A stretch of 64,000 nucleotides of DNA, from NCBI RefSeq assembly GCF_006345805.1, contig NC_043001.1, positions 105,152,001 to 105,216,000 on the forward strand, read 5' to 3'. This document shows positions 12,628-25,390 of this stretch, in pieces. Within the stretch, counting starts at the first letter, position 1. Each line of letters starts with the position of its first letter. The notes below the pieces were generated by a model, which saw nothing but the letters and a program-made list of their open reading frames with translations, had not been told where the DNA came from and searched no databases. This DNA is from Octopus sinensis (Eukaryota). Position numbers and translations under genes: made by a program.

Positions 12628-13440
12628 GTAAAATCGGTGGAGCACCAACTAAATTCAGTCTGGTGCGCCTTTGTGCATGCTGAGTTTAATTTCTGTTATG
12701 GTCAGTTACGCACGTCCCAAACTAGAGGTTCGACTATTCGTTAGGTACAATGAGCTCTAATCTTTCATTTCCTCATTAAGGATAAATTTATGTATATCTT
12801 AATTCTGTTAAAATCTTTTTTGTATGTTAGTACTTGTTGACAAATACTTTCGAAAGAATAAGGATTATTATGTTTCCATTCTTTGAATTTTCTCAGAATT
12901 TTCTAATAACGATACTTTTAATTAATCCTTGGGCAAATGAAGAAAAAATCTTTTAGCATTATGCGAAGCGCGTTTTCTAAACTGCCATTGTGTTCAAAGT
13001 TCTTTGTTTGTACTTGGATAAAAATCAGTTAACCGCAAAAGACCGTTGCGAAGATAAAACTGAAGACTAAATTTCCATTCTTTAAAATTTCGATGATTCA
13101 GTTACGCGAGAGGATCATTGTTCGTTTTCTTTGAGAAAAATGCAGAACAAAGGCGATGAAACTCACTTCAAACGCGAGAATTTGTAATTTAAGGACCCTG
13201 TTTGCTAGATAACACCAACATCGCTCTATGCTGCATTCAGCCCTCTTACTGCGGTGATTGATTAATTGTGCTGGTGACATATTATACGCAGCAACGCTGT
13301 TAGGTTATATTTTTTAACTTGAAATTTATTTTAACTGTTCGTTCTACTTATAGTTCTTCAATTCTAAAATATTTAAGAAAATCAATGACAACTATTTAGA
13401 GACACACTAAATTTAAACTCGAATTGGAGAAGAAAAACGC

Positions 13441-13476
<36 letters not shown>

Positions 13477-13596
13477 TTCACTCAATCACACTCACTCTCT
13501 CATTTTCTCACTGTATATAAGCATATATCTTTTTCTAATGTATATTTATACGTATACATCTATATTCATATCCACGTTTATATGTATGCATGCATG

Positions 13597-13674
<78 letters not shown>

Positions 13675-14794
13675 AGTGTGTGTATATGTGCGTGTCTGAA
13701 TGTGCGTGTATATATATATATATATATATGTATATACCCATACATACATACGGATATACATACATAACTGCATATATACATATATATATGTACCATGTTG
13801 TATGTACAATTATAACTTTCGACGGTAATGGAGAAGCAGACAATATTTGCCACGATATTAACATCGCATTTATTGATTTTTTACTTTATGTTTGTTTGTT
13901 TTTTTTTCTTCATCATACAATGGCATCCGCCATATTACATATTGCATGTTACGAAACATCAACCGAGAAACAAATATATCTGAGATACTTTCGTTACCAT
14001 TCTTCTTAAAACTAAATCTAAAAAGCAAAATCAAATACGTTCTTTCTTCTTCTCAATGCGTGCAACATTAGCAAGCAAAATATTCATAATCATATAAATA
14101 TTGATGTGCAGCATTCAATATTTTATATTATTTCTCTTCTTTTTATTATTATTTTTTTTATTTACTAACATACACGTTTAGTTATTACATTTTTTTGCGA
14201 GTTTGCGAGATAATTTTTATAGACAAATATATGAACCTGTTTTTTTATTGCTTTATTATTATTTGTTGTTTAGGTGATTGATACCTCGTTTTTTTTTTGT
14301 TGTTGTGCATAAAAGGAAACGAGCTAAATATACTGGCGTATTAACATCTTACCAAATATGGATTTATTCTCGAAACTTCACATAAGAACAGCGCATATCA
14401 TTTACGTTTGCATCGAGCGAGTTTTCTAATTATATTCACATCGTTTACATAAATAGTTACGATTGATATTCCTAGTAATTTTGGTGCAGTTGTATGAATT
14501 GCTTAATTACAGGGGCTTGCTAAAGATCTCTGTCTAGAATTTCGAAATCTCAGTCTTTGATGTCACATGCCGAACATGAGAACATAAATCTGATTTCATG
14601 GATTTCAGTAAACAGTCATTTTCATTCTTCGCTTATTTACGTCATCACTTTTTATTCATATTTTCATAATCCTGTTTTCGTCGAAAAACAAAACGTACAG
14701 AATTTATATAGAAAATATATGGAAATCATATGAAAATTATTTCGTTTTTGGATTTGGTTTGCAAGATTCTTTATAAGAGTTCGTGTGTTGAAGT

Positions 14795-15000
14795 ATATTC
14801 TATTGTGTCTGGGGAGAGTCATTTACTTTTTGTGCCTTATTATGTGACACACTCACCGGTAAAAACTATTGAAAAGGTTGCAAGACGCAACGAAAATTCC
14901 AGAACAATAAAAATAAGAAAAACGTGGAAATTTTACCGGTGAGTATATTATATAATAAGGCACAAAAAGAAAATGACTCTCTCCAGACACAACAGAATAT
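14795..15000. repeat. Inverted repeat, 70-bp arms and 66-nt spacer
   Basis: ATATTCTATTGTGTCTGGGGAGAGTCATTT...CTCACCGGTAAAA (14795-14864) mirrored at 14931-15000. Confidence 0.9.
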
Positions 15001-15489
15001 GAAAAATATATAGAAAAATATATAGAAAACGTATGGAAAATATTTAGAACACATAGAATATATATATATATATATATAGAAATCATATACAAACATAGAA
15101 ACTATATACAAAACATAAAAATTATATAGAATTTGGATCGCATCGGCTTATATTCTCCTTAGAATATAAACTAATGTGAGGGCGAATGGCTCAGTGGTTA
15201 GGTTGTTGCACGCACTAAAGCGAGATAGTGGTTCTAACACCAAGATTCGAAATCGCGATACGACTTCATAACCTAGGAGTCCTTTGTCAGTCATTGAATT
15301 AATGTTTTGTGGATTTGGGTTTAATTTAACATAATGCATGCTGACCAGCACTCTCCGTCACATATGTGACCTCTATTAATTTTGCCTTTAGATTCTAATT
15401 GCTAATAAGCCACCCTTTTTTATTAGTTTATACACACACACACACATACACACACACACACGCACACATATATACAGATATATATATAT

Positions 15490-15660
15490 ATGATGACACT
15501 TTTTATCAGTTTCGGCCTACCAAATCCACTCACAAAGGGTCAAAGAGGCCTTGGGTTGAAGCAGAAGACACTCGCCAAAACTGCTATGCAGACGGAGTGA
15601 ACCCGGAACGGTGTGGCAGGCAAGCAAGCTTCTTACTACATAGCCACGCTTGTGCCTATG
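15490..15660 (-). mobile_element. SINE family B, 5' half
   Basis: CTACCAAATCCACTCACAAAG...GCAAGCTTCTTACTACATAGCCAC. Confidence 0.75.
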
Positions 15661-15716
15661 TCATTTAATGCTTTCTGTCATCGGTCGACATAATGAAAAT
15701 GTCTCTCTTCAATAAA

Positions 15717-16106
15717 TCTCTCTCTATATAAAGCTGAAGTTGTCTGTGTATGGCAGGTTTGGTAGCCTTTAACTAACACTATCTCCTCCGAGACCCTGCG
15801 GCGCAAGTTGACCAAAATTGAAAGTATAACAGAAAAAGGTTTTCTCTTCCTTCTGTAGCAGAAAATATTCAAATTGGACCATGTTAACACCAAAAATTAC
15901 TTACATAAAAGTTGATTTTTTTTCTATAAAAATCCCTATTTTTACGATTTTTTGACTGCTGTGTCGCCATTTTTCGGTGTATTTCGACGAGAAAAATGTT
16001 CATTTGAAGAGAATAATAAGCTACATAATGCAAAATATTTACTTTTCAAAAATTCCAATTCTAAAGAGTCGAAACAAACCTGAGCAACGCCGGGCGATAC
16101 TGCTAC
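15717..16106 (+). mobile_element. Non-autonomous Helitron-like element
   Basis: 5' A|TCTCTCTCTATATAAAGCTGAAG; 3' hairpin CCTGAGCAACGCCGGG followed by CTAC (decayed CTAG). Homologous to the 52.75 kb copy. Confidence 0.7.
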
Positions 16107-16321
16107 TATTTTATATAACTGTAAGTACATTTAAAGGTTGACCATCAAGAATTATTAACATGGTCAGAAGGTAATACTGTGAGGATTGTGAATAGTGTCC
16201 CTGGATATTATTGAGACTCCGCACGGAGCTTCAAGATGCACCGTGCCAAATCCTATGGAATGACATTTAGTAGATTACAGAGGGGGACTGCTAAGCAGTG
16301 ATCAGTAAAGTTGCAATGTTA

Positions 16322-16752
16322 TTATCGATCCGAATATGCTTGATGCATGTTCGAACTGAGGGACAAACTACTCAGTGAGTTTTGTCACGGAGAATATATT
16401 TCGCTTGTTGAAAAATGGTGTGTCTACACCTAGATCAGCTTGCAGCGCCACCAACCTAAAACTGAGAGGTGCTATCATTTCGGAGTAGTTATCTCCTCTT
16501 CGGTGGCAGACACTAGGCAGATGTAATTTACTGACGATCAGCTCGTAGCGTCGTCTGCCTAGTGTCTGTGACCTAAGAGGAAATAACTACTCTGAAATGC
16601 TAGCATCTTACTGTCTAGGTAGGTGGCGCTGCGAGCTGATCCAGGTGTATACACACCAGCTGTCAACAAACGGGATATATTCTCCGTGACAAAACGCATT
16701 GAATAGCTTATTCCCTAGTTCGAACGTGCATCCAGCATATTCGGATTGATAA
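16322..16752. repeat. Long fold-back inverted repeat, about 200-bp arms and 28-nt spacer
   Basis: Left arm 16322-16523 is the reverse complement of 16552-16752 (roughly 80-85% identity by eye). Confidence 0.9.
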
Positions 16753-16992
16753 CATGACATTTAGTAGATACATCGCAAACTACTTTTCCGGCAAACGGAT
16801 TTAGCAGAGAATATAGAAACTTTCAAGATTTTATGATCTTCCAGTTTCTAAGAAGGGTTTGGAAGTATATCTAATGTGATTTGACTCAAATGCATGTTTA
16901 TACGTTTATGAGAACCGTCAAGAAACCATCAGAGTATTTTGTCTATATATTAGATATTCTTTATCAAAGTAAATATTTGATGCTCCTTCCAC

Positions 16993-17090
<98 letters not shown>

Positions 17091-17243
17091 AAACAGTTAG
17101 ATAGAAACTTAGATATGTTTCGACCAAAGATTGATCCAGGCCATGTCTAACTTAATAGCACCACCTGATAGGATTATCTAAATCCTGTTTAAGTCTAGTT
17201 TTGTTTATGGTCCATTCTAGTAGTGAGTTCTTGTCGAGTGAGT

Positions 17244-17305
<62 letters not shown>

Positions 17306-17599
17306 GTATATATAATATGTATATAGGTGTGTGTGGTGTGTGTGTGTATGTATGTATGTATGTATGTATGTATGTATGTATGTATGTATGTATGTATGTG
17401 CGTCGTACGTGTGTATGTATTTATGCTTGTATTCATGTTTGTGTACATCAAGAGTCGGATCCTTGATTGTCACGTGTGCAAGTAGGCTGTTGACAATTTG
17501 TTATTATACTTAACTTGATAAAACCGTGTAATAAATAAACTATTTCCTTTGAGTAATAACCTCATGTTGTAATAAACAGCATCAGTTTATTTTGCAAAA

Positions 17600-18330
17600 C
17601 GTTAGAAGATTTTAGAGATGAATTGATATTTTCGCTTCATACAATCTCGATCTTCTCTAGAGCATTCATCTGTTTATGGGAAATGTTTATTTTACTCTGA
17701 ATTCCTGCGTGGGACCTTCTTGAATATCTATATTTCAATGTGAGTAGCTTGTCTGTTAAAGCTATACGAAATCTTTGTTCTTTGCCTCATCCTTTGCAAC
17801 GATAATTTGTTCCGGCTTCGAATTGTTTCCTTGACATTCGTAATGGATAATCTTGCATCATTGATATAAATTCTTTCAGTTTTATGCTATTGTCTTGAAT
17901 ACTGATAATTCCAGAATAATCCTGTTCTTTTATTATTGATTTAGTTTGAGGCTATCAGAAACTGAGACAAAACAGACCGAATTTGCTGAGCTACGTTCTC
18001 ATGTTGAACAAAAATCATAAATTCTGGTACCATATAGCCAGGCACGATTGCATGTGCCGCTTTCGCCTCATGGGTAAATACTGTATTATTTGTGAAGCAG
18101 AGATCTAACGGATTGTTGCATTTCGTCGGATAAAGGATAATTTGTTTTATGAACAGTGTATGATTGGGATCCAGTTGGGATACAATCTAAGACATTTCGT
18201 AGATAATATTTCACTTTGGTCTTTTGAATCCAGATGGGTTGAGATCATTCGAATGCGAAACAATACACATATATTGATCCATTTCAGTTAATACACCATC
18301 GAAAGCGCTATTCAAATTCTACACTGCAAT
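17600..18330 (-). mobile_element. Decayed CR1/L2-type LINE endonuclease region
   Basis: Minus 18129-18086 reads PTKCNNPLDLCFTNN (PTR.NN.LDL.FTN motif of APE domains). There is an upstream (G)DLN-like remnant and a downstream basic linker (RNKLSLQRMRQRTKI). Confidence 0.6.
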
Positions 18331-18676
18331 CTGAGAAATCCGACCGTCAGTGTTTTGTAGACGTTACCCACATTGATTTCGAAAGCAGAAACAACACTGC
18401 GACAAATTCATGAACGTACACAATTCTTCTATAAACAGCTGTTTCTTTCGTGTCAGCATCAGTGATTATGTAAAGATGAACGCGCATTTCTACAGAGAAT
18501 ATATGTACTAGTGGATATCACTTTTTTCTGCAGTTGCCATAGATATTGGCTTAGATTTTGGTTCAACGTCATGAGTTTAGCGGCGGTGCTAAATTGATTT
18601 AATCCACTCCAATGTTCAATTAGTACTTATTTTAACTGCCATGGATATTAAGTGATTTAGTGTGATGAGGCGGATT

Positions 18677-18898
18677 TATTCTTTTATTCATTTACCTGTT
18701 TCAGTCATTTTACTGCGGCCATGCAGGAGCACCGCCTTTAGTCGAACAGATCGACCCCAGGACTTATTCTTTGTAAACGCAGTACTTATTCTATCAGTTT
18801 CTTTTGCCGAATCGCTAGGTTACGGGGACATAAACTCAGCCACATCGGTTGTCAAGCGATGGTGGGGGGACAAATAAACAGACACACACACACACACA

Positions 18899-18967
<69 letters not shown>

Positions 18968-19060
18968 GCTTCTTTCAATTTCCGTCTACGAAATCTACTC
19001 ACTAGGCTTTGGTCAGCTCGAGGCTATAATATAAGACACTTGTCCAAGGCACCACACAGC
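18677..19060 (-). mobile_element. SINE family B with internal (CA)n
   Basis: Tail TTTCAGTCATTTTACTGCGGCCATG, middle CCGAATCGCTAGGTTACGGGGAC, 5' part AGACACTTGTCCAAGGCACC. Confidence 0.85.
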
Positions 19061-19084
19061 CATAAATATATTTTTTTCCCTATT

Positions 19085-19262
19085 GGAACCATCTCCAGAT
19101 ATTCCACAGCAGGACTTCTCTTCCAAGTGGCTTGGCTCGATTATTTGTGGTGGACACATGTGATTATATGAGATGCCTTTTGTTTTCAATGGCGCCCTCG
19201 ATCTATCTCCCTGACATAATGCCTGCCTCTAAATTGATTGCCATTAACACACTGGTGACCTT
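19085..19262 (-). mobile_element. Short RTE LINE C-terminal fragment
   Basis: Minus: IENKRHLI*SHVS..N..KPLGREVLLW, resembling the RRL.LAGHV.R....K.LLW segment. Confidence 0.35.
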
Positions 19263-19271
19263 CCTACTAAT

Positions 19272-19490
19272 AATTATTTTTACACTAGGCACAAAACCTT
19301 GACAATTTTGGGGAAAGGGTGGCTAGTCGATTATATCGACCTCAGTGCATAACTGGTACTTAATTTATCGACTCCGAAGGATGAAAGGCAAAATCGACCC
19401 CAGCAGAGTTTGAACTCAGAGCGTAGCGGCAGACGAAATTTCGCTAAGCATTTCATCCGGCGTGCTAACGATTCTGCCAGCTCGCCGCCT
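19272..19490 (-). mobile_element. SINE family A (alternative tail)
   Basis: Head and central block conserved; tail ends GTGCCTAGTGTAAAAA. Confidence 0.85.
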
Positions 19491-19509
19491 TACTTTTCGA
19501 CTAATAATG

Positions 19510-19718
19510 GTTTCATATTTTGGCACAAGGTCAGCAATTTTGTAGGCGTGGTGAGGGTAAGTGGATTACATCGATCCCCGGACTCAATTGGTGCTTATTT
19601 CATCGACCCATAAAGGATGAAAGGCAAAGCGAAATTTGAACTCAGAACGTAAAGGCGAACGAAAATACCGCAAATCGTTTTTCCCGGTGCGCTATCTTTT
19701 CTGCTAGCTGGTCGCCTT
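19510..19718 (-). mobile_element. SINE family A, diverged
   Basis: TTTGAACTCAGAACGTAAAG and TAAAGGATGAAAGGCAAAG blocks. Confidence 0.75.
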
Positions 19719-20730
19719 AATTTTCCTATAGATAATAAGGACAATTATTTACTGGCGAGTAGAGTGAAATGAATATATGGACGTTTACATCAATAACAGC
19801 ATTTGTAAGCAATTTACTCACGCTGAAGGACACATTCATAAAAGTGCTTCTGCTAAAAAATTTATTCATCTGATCTGCCTTATCATGACCACGGATAACA
19901 CAGTCACTATCAAATATATCGGAAATTGGAAACTTGGACGGTCTACATTTATTAAAAAAAAAATTAAATCACACCAGAAGTGATAAGAATAGCGCCAGGC
20001 TAATTAGCTAATATATCATTACATGTATACAGTTTAAATGGCTTATGTCTTTGTCTTATGGTTTTGTTTTCTCACTTTTATTTCCAACTTGCCGTATTGT
20101 GATACACTAAACCAGTTTAAACTCCACTTCACAATATTTCAATACACACATACTCGCGCACGAACGCATCTATATATATTCATTTACATGCCTATACATG
20201 AATTATATATATATATATATATATATATATGCGTACATGTGCGTGCTTGTGTATACTACATCGTTCCATATATGAACTCACTGACATATGCACTTCTTTC
20301 CTTGTCAGATTTATGAATATAAATAGCGGCAATATAATAGAATGCATTACGTCCCGTAACTGACAAGGAATTAACTGATTGATGGTGGATACGATCAAAT
20401 TTACTCTTGCATTATACTTCCTGTCGGAATAAATAGTGATATTAACTTTGTAAGTGAATTATAGCAATTTAGATATGACTGAAAGATATACTAGTGCAAA
20501 ATTTTGTCAATAATTCCGGGTATACAATAAATCATAATGAAAATTGCACATATGTTCGGTTCTGTTACCTAATCTTTATTATTAAATTCATTACGAACTG
20601 TAATGCCTTTTTGCGTCTATTTCTTGTCTGCTAATAACCGACATTTGTAATATCTATTGAAACCTCTGCACCAATATTTTATTTATGTGAATGCCAGTAT
20701 ATATCCAGATTTCATTTCTATTTTATTCTT

Positions 20731-20771
<41 letters not shown>

Positions 20772-20896
20772 CTGGATATCCTTGTTGCTTATTTTGATTA
20801 TAATCACCTTATTTTAAATTATATGGCTAACACCATACTAAATTCTGGTGTCTTTAACTTAAGTACCATAGTCATCTGAATCTAAATTTTACTGAA

Positions 20897-20934
<38 letters not shown>

Positions 20935-21247
20935 ACTAATAGTATCATGTAAAGATGAACATGTTAACATCTATCGAGCCAGTCGTATTGGAACGCTAGT
21001 GCTCGTCTCCGTATTGGATGTTTTTATTAATCCTAACTTACAGACCACTACCAAACATTCGCAGGTGCCAGACTTGCTAGTTGTTAAAAGGTTCATCCCC
21101 GCATGAAACCATCGGTAGTGTTTTTAAAACGCAGGTCAAGAATAATCATCGACCGATGCGGTGTTGGGAACGCTTTCTCCCTTTTGATATTAACATACAT
21201 GCATGCGTCCATACATACTTGCATACATGAAGATGTATATATAATAT

Positions 21248-21295
<48 letters not shown>

Positions 21296-21331
21296 GAAAG
21301 AATGGAGTCGAACGAAGATGTTAACAAAATT

Positions 21332-21424
21332 CCTTTACTCTCGACATATGTTTCGAAGACAGCATGTTTTCATTCCAAAGGAATAAAGGGTGCATTATGC
21401 AATCTTCTCACCAGGAAAGAAAGG
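21332..21424 (-). ncRNA. Type I hammerhead ribozyme fold (core variant CUGGUGA)
   Basis: Minus strand: stem I CCTTTCTTTC/GAGAG(T)AAAGG, core CTGGTGA, stem II GAAGA-TT-GCAT...ATGC-TG-TCTTC, GAAAC-ATAT-GTC. It lies about 270 nt downstream of the PLE stop codon. Confidence 0.7.
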
Positions 21425-21695
21425 GAGCCTCTCTCGACAACAAGACAAAAATTCCGATGATTACCTACATGGTAAACAAAGCGATAATGAGTATTTTTTA
21501 AAAAAAAAACCGTTAGAAGAATTGACGTCAAAAATAGAAAGTAGGAAGAGAAGGGATAAAGTAATAATAGGTAGGGAACAAGTGGAGAGGGAGGGTACGT
21601 TGATTGGAAGACTGTTCGAAGGCTTAGGAAAGAATTTCTCTATAGAAGTGGGGTGGACGTAAAGCTAATTGTTCAAACCACAGTGACTATCGTTA

Positions 21696-23118
21696 TCATT
21701 TATATGAGTAGAAAGTGTGTTTCTGCCAGTGTTTACATTTGTATGATTTTTCTACGAGTGTGTTTACTAGGGGAACCTTAGAGAAAAGAATATGGAAGAG
21801 TTCAGAGTTACAAATGTTACAAAATCTCCTGCCCTTATCAAAAGGAAAGGATACAGACAGTATGAACCTATCAAACTTGAAAATTATATTGTTGTCTTTA
21901 AGACGACAAACTAATTTACTTAGCCCTGTACTATGTCGCTTTTTACTATCCCTGAATGTTGTTTAGTAGTTTGAAATTCTCTTGGATAACTGGGAAGTGG
22001 ACGCTCCTATATAGAAGAAGACATCGGTACCGGAAGAAATTCTACACTGGTAAATAGAATTCTTAATCTTAGAATTACTAGACAAAAATTTAATTCTGTT
22101 GGGGTTGTCCTCCGAGATCGAAACGAAGTTTTTATTGTTATGATTGTTGTTACTATTATTGTTAGTGCTAAAAACTATTTCTATTATTATCAGTATTATT
22201 AATGGTATTACAAGCAGTAATACCACCGACAATAATACCGTTATTGTTGTTATCATCAACACTACCATTGTTATTAACACGACTAATACTATTATTAATA
22301 TTATCATTGGTAACACTTTCGCCTCTACTAATGCTGTTACTATTAATACTATTCCTATTATTATGATTGTATGATGGGTTGTAATTAGCAAGATTAGTGT
22401 TGGAACTCCCGGGTGAAGAATCTTTGTTTAGCAGCTTGGTATTGTGGGAAGATATAATTTGTGAAAGATTCCTAGTGTTTGAGAAAGCGATTCTGACCTT
22501 GTGGGAATTGATAATAGAATGATATCTAGAATTTCTGGGAAAGTTCCTAGCAACGGCTTTACGGAACTGTAAGGGAAGGTTCGATTTAATTTGTTTTCCG
22601 AAAGGTATTACGAACCAGATACAGTTTTTTGTGGCCTTTGAATTGTTTTTAGTGTTATTTGTGATAGTAAGGGGAAAATTTCTGGGTTGGAAATTTGGGG
22701 TTGCATGGCGCTTACCTCCCCTAGTCCGTAAAGAATTTATTTTATGTACAGGGTTGCTGGCACTATTAGAATTGAAATCGTTATTCCTATTACGAGTAAC
22801 TTTACTATCTGGAGAAGCAGATGTTGGTTTAGAATGAGCTGAGTCGATGTATGACACTTTCTCCTTATAACCGGCTCTTAACAAGGCGGTGTTATAGAAG
22901 TCTGACTTTTGGTTAAAGATGTCGACATTAGCATATAATTTGGACAGTCTCAGAGATATGTTTTTAACTAAATTATCGGTAATTGGCCTGGCATGATTAC
23001 TGAAAATGCTAATATACTTAAGATTTGTGGAAGGTTTATGATAAGGGAAGTATGAGTTATTCTGCAAATTGAGGGTAATGTCTAAGAATTCATCGTCAAA
23101 AACTATGCGCAAGCCCAT
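21696..23118 (-). pseudogene. Disrupted PLE polyprotein: RT thumb/linker (22168-23118 frame) plus GIY-YIG endonuclease (21696-22391 frame)
   Basis: Endonuclease frame reads KNSIYQCRIS..FFYIGASTSQLSKRISNY*TTFRDSKKRHSTGLSKLVCRLKD...FCNICNSE...LVN...KCKH, ending at TGA 21696-21698. There is a premature TAA at 21963-21965, a frameshift inside the Asn-rich linker, and the RT catalytic core is missing. Confidence 0.8.
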
Positions 23119-23385
23119 TCTACTAAAAAACCTAACTAATCTGTTCTTAACCTTCTGTATTTTTTGGTTCGAAACGTTTTTCGCTAATAACGAATTTCTA
23201 ATTCAGACGACCGGCGTTTTGAGACGTGATTGATTTGTTAGTCGCTATTTAAGTATATCGATGAAAGCTATATGTATTTATGTATGCCGTTGCTAGAAGT
23301 CATTTGCCGCTGACGACGTTCGTAGAAGCAGGAATCTAGATTTAGCATTTCCACCCGTGATACTGATCTCTGTCATCGTCGTCTT

Positions 23386-23454
23386 GTTGTTGTTGTTGTT
23401 GTCGTGTTGTTTGTTGTTGTTGTTGTTGTTCTTCTTCTTCTTCTTCTTCTTCTT

Positions 23455-23518
<64 letters not shown>

Positions 23519-23519
23519 A
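23386..23519. repeat. Compound trinucleotide repeat (TTG)n(TTC)n(TAC)n
   Basis: Directly visible. Confidence 0.95.
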
Positions 23520-23564
23520 AGGCTTGCCGCCTTGTCTTCGATCTTAATACTATTGCATCATGTT

Positions 23565-23775
23565 AAGATGGCAAATTTGCAGAATCTTTAGCACGCCGGA
23601 CAAAATACATAGCGACATTTCGTACATTGTACGTTCTCAGTTCAAATTCCACCGAGGCCCACTTTGTCAATATTGCGGGGTCGATAAAATAAGTAGCTGT
23701 TGAGCACTGCTCTCGATTTAAAATACTTAGGCCCTTTTTCGAGGCTGCTGGCCTCGCGCCAAAATTTGAAAACTA
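23565..23775 (+). mobile_element. SINE family A, diverged
   Basis: GCAGAATCTTTAGCACGCCGG...GTTCTCAGTTCAAATTCCACCGAGG...GGGGTCGATAAAATAAGTA. Confidence 0.7.
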
Positions 23776-24467
23776 TTTTAAAATGCGAGACATTCTAATC
23801 ATAATCAGGTAATTCTTCTTTATCCTCAGGAATAGAGCCTGGGGAGAACATCTATAGAGGTTTCATAGTTTTCTGTTCAAACTGTAGAATTCTATTAGAG
23901 AGAGATTTTTGTAGCTTATAACTACAATCATATAACTACATAATCGATCGCTTGCTCGTGCAAGATTTACTATTAAGAAATCTAAAATCTACGGTCTATC
24001 ATGGTATTTTCTACAATATTTTAAAAGTTAGTTGTTTAAAATCAACAAGGTAAATCATTGTTAAAATATTTTCTACGACGGCTAAATGAAATTTCATGAA
24101 TAATTTCATAATTTATATTTTCGCAATTAGGAACATTTTCATAATTTATGAAGCCAGTCTTGTTTCAAAAATAAACTAAAAATATACGATGATCTATCAA
24201 AGCGATTGTGGATCATTTTAACAGCATTATGGTTTCTCATTCAAAGTAAATTTGTTTGGCTCTGAATAGAGACATATTTAGCTCATTCTATTTTACTCTT
24301 GATTACACAAGCTAATTTCCTTCTTCGATTTGCAAGCGATAAGAAATTCTGCTTGAACTTGTGTGAATTTGTATTCACACTCTGATTACTAGCCTAGGGT
24401 CATATCTTCAGCATGATCTAGATTTGATATGACATCTTACAATCTCAGTTCTCTCTCACAAATATGT

Positions 24468-24504
<37 letters not shown>

Positions 24505-25279
24505 GCAAATGTACACACTGACACGCACGCTCACACACGCACATACATGCATATACATACATATGTGTGTATAAACATATATAACACTTGTCTAAATTAG
24601 AAGCAATGCATATTACATGTGGAATAGTAAAACCCACTCCAAATCATTGTAAATATAAACACAGTAATATCGTGTGAGATTACGCGAGATTTTGAAGTAA
24701 AGAAACAGATATAATCTCAAGTGCTGACAATGAAGGTGACTTGGATCTAGGTTAGAAACCGGCTCTTTCTCAATTGGAAAGAAATGTTGAAATAAAACTA
24801 ATTACATACACACATACATACATACATACATATATACATGCATACATACATACATACATGCATACATACATACATGCATGCATACATACATAATATACAT
24901 ACATGCATGCATACATACATTTAAACATAATATATTTTATATCATATATAATGTTACATCATATATTTATATATGTATGTGTTTGTAATGTACATATATA
25001 TATGTATGTCTATGTTTGTATACATGGTTACGGCCCTACTGCCATATATCATTATCAGATAATCCTGAGATCCACATCCATAAGTATATCTATCTCAATA
25101 ACTCTCTGTCAACTGGTTTAAAAACCTTCAGCTATGTAATCTGTTTTGTTTACATTGATCGTTTCAGAAAACTATTCATCATTATTCTGTATATTGAGGG
25201 CCCATGTTTGACACACGAACCACTTTCTATATATATGCGTATATATATATTAAAATAAATACGTGTATATATATATGTG

Positions 25280-25326
<47 letters not shown>

Positions 25327-25338
25327 TAAAATAAATAC

Positions 25339-25390
<52 letters not shown>

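Larger units (their letters stand above)
21290..23118 (-). mobile_element. 5'-truncated Penelope-like retroelement (PLE), Naiad-like architecture, including its 3' non-coding/pLTR region
   Basis: Minus-strand translation gives PLE RT C-terminal motifs (FLDITLNL..SYFPYHKP..YISIFSNH..RLSKL..YNTALLRAGY; IWFVIPF..FP..H..IN.H.VRIAFSNTRNLSQIISSHN), then GIY-YIG endonuclease motifs. A hammerhead fold follows the stop codon. Confidence 0.85.

Noticed and set aside
21963-21965. Selenocysteine read-through in the PLE ORF (reported for some Naiad elements)
   Set aside because: The in-frame stop is TAA, not TGA, and the ORF is also frameshifted; this is simple decay.
21963-22391. 142-aa hydrophobic ORF as a membrane protein
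   Set aside because: Its I/V/L-rich N-terminal part is an off-frame reading of the PLE's AAT/AAC-rich linker; only the C-terminal part is real (GIY-YIG).
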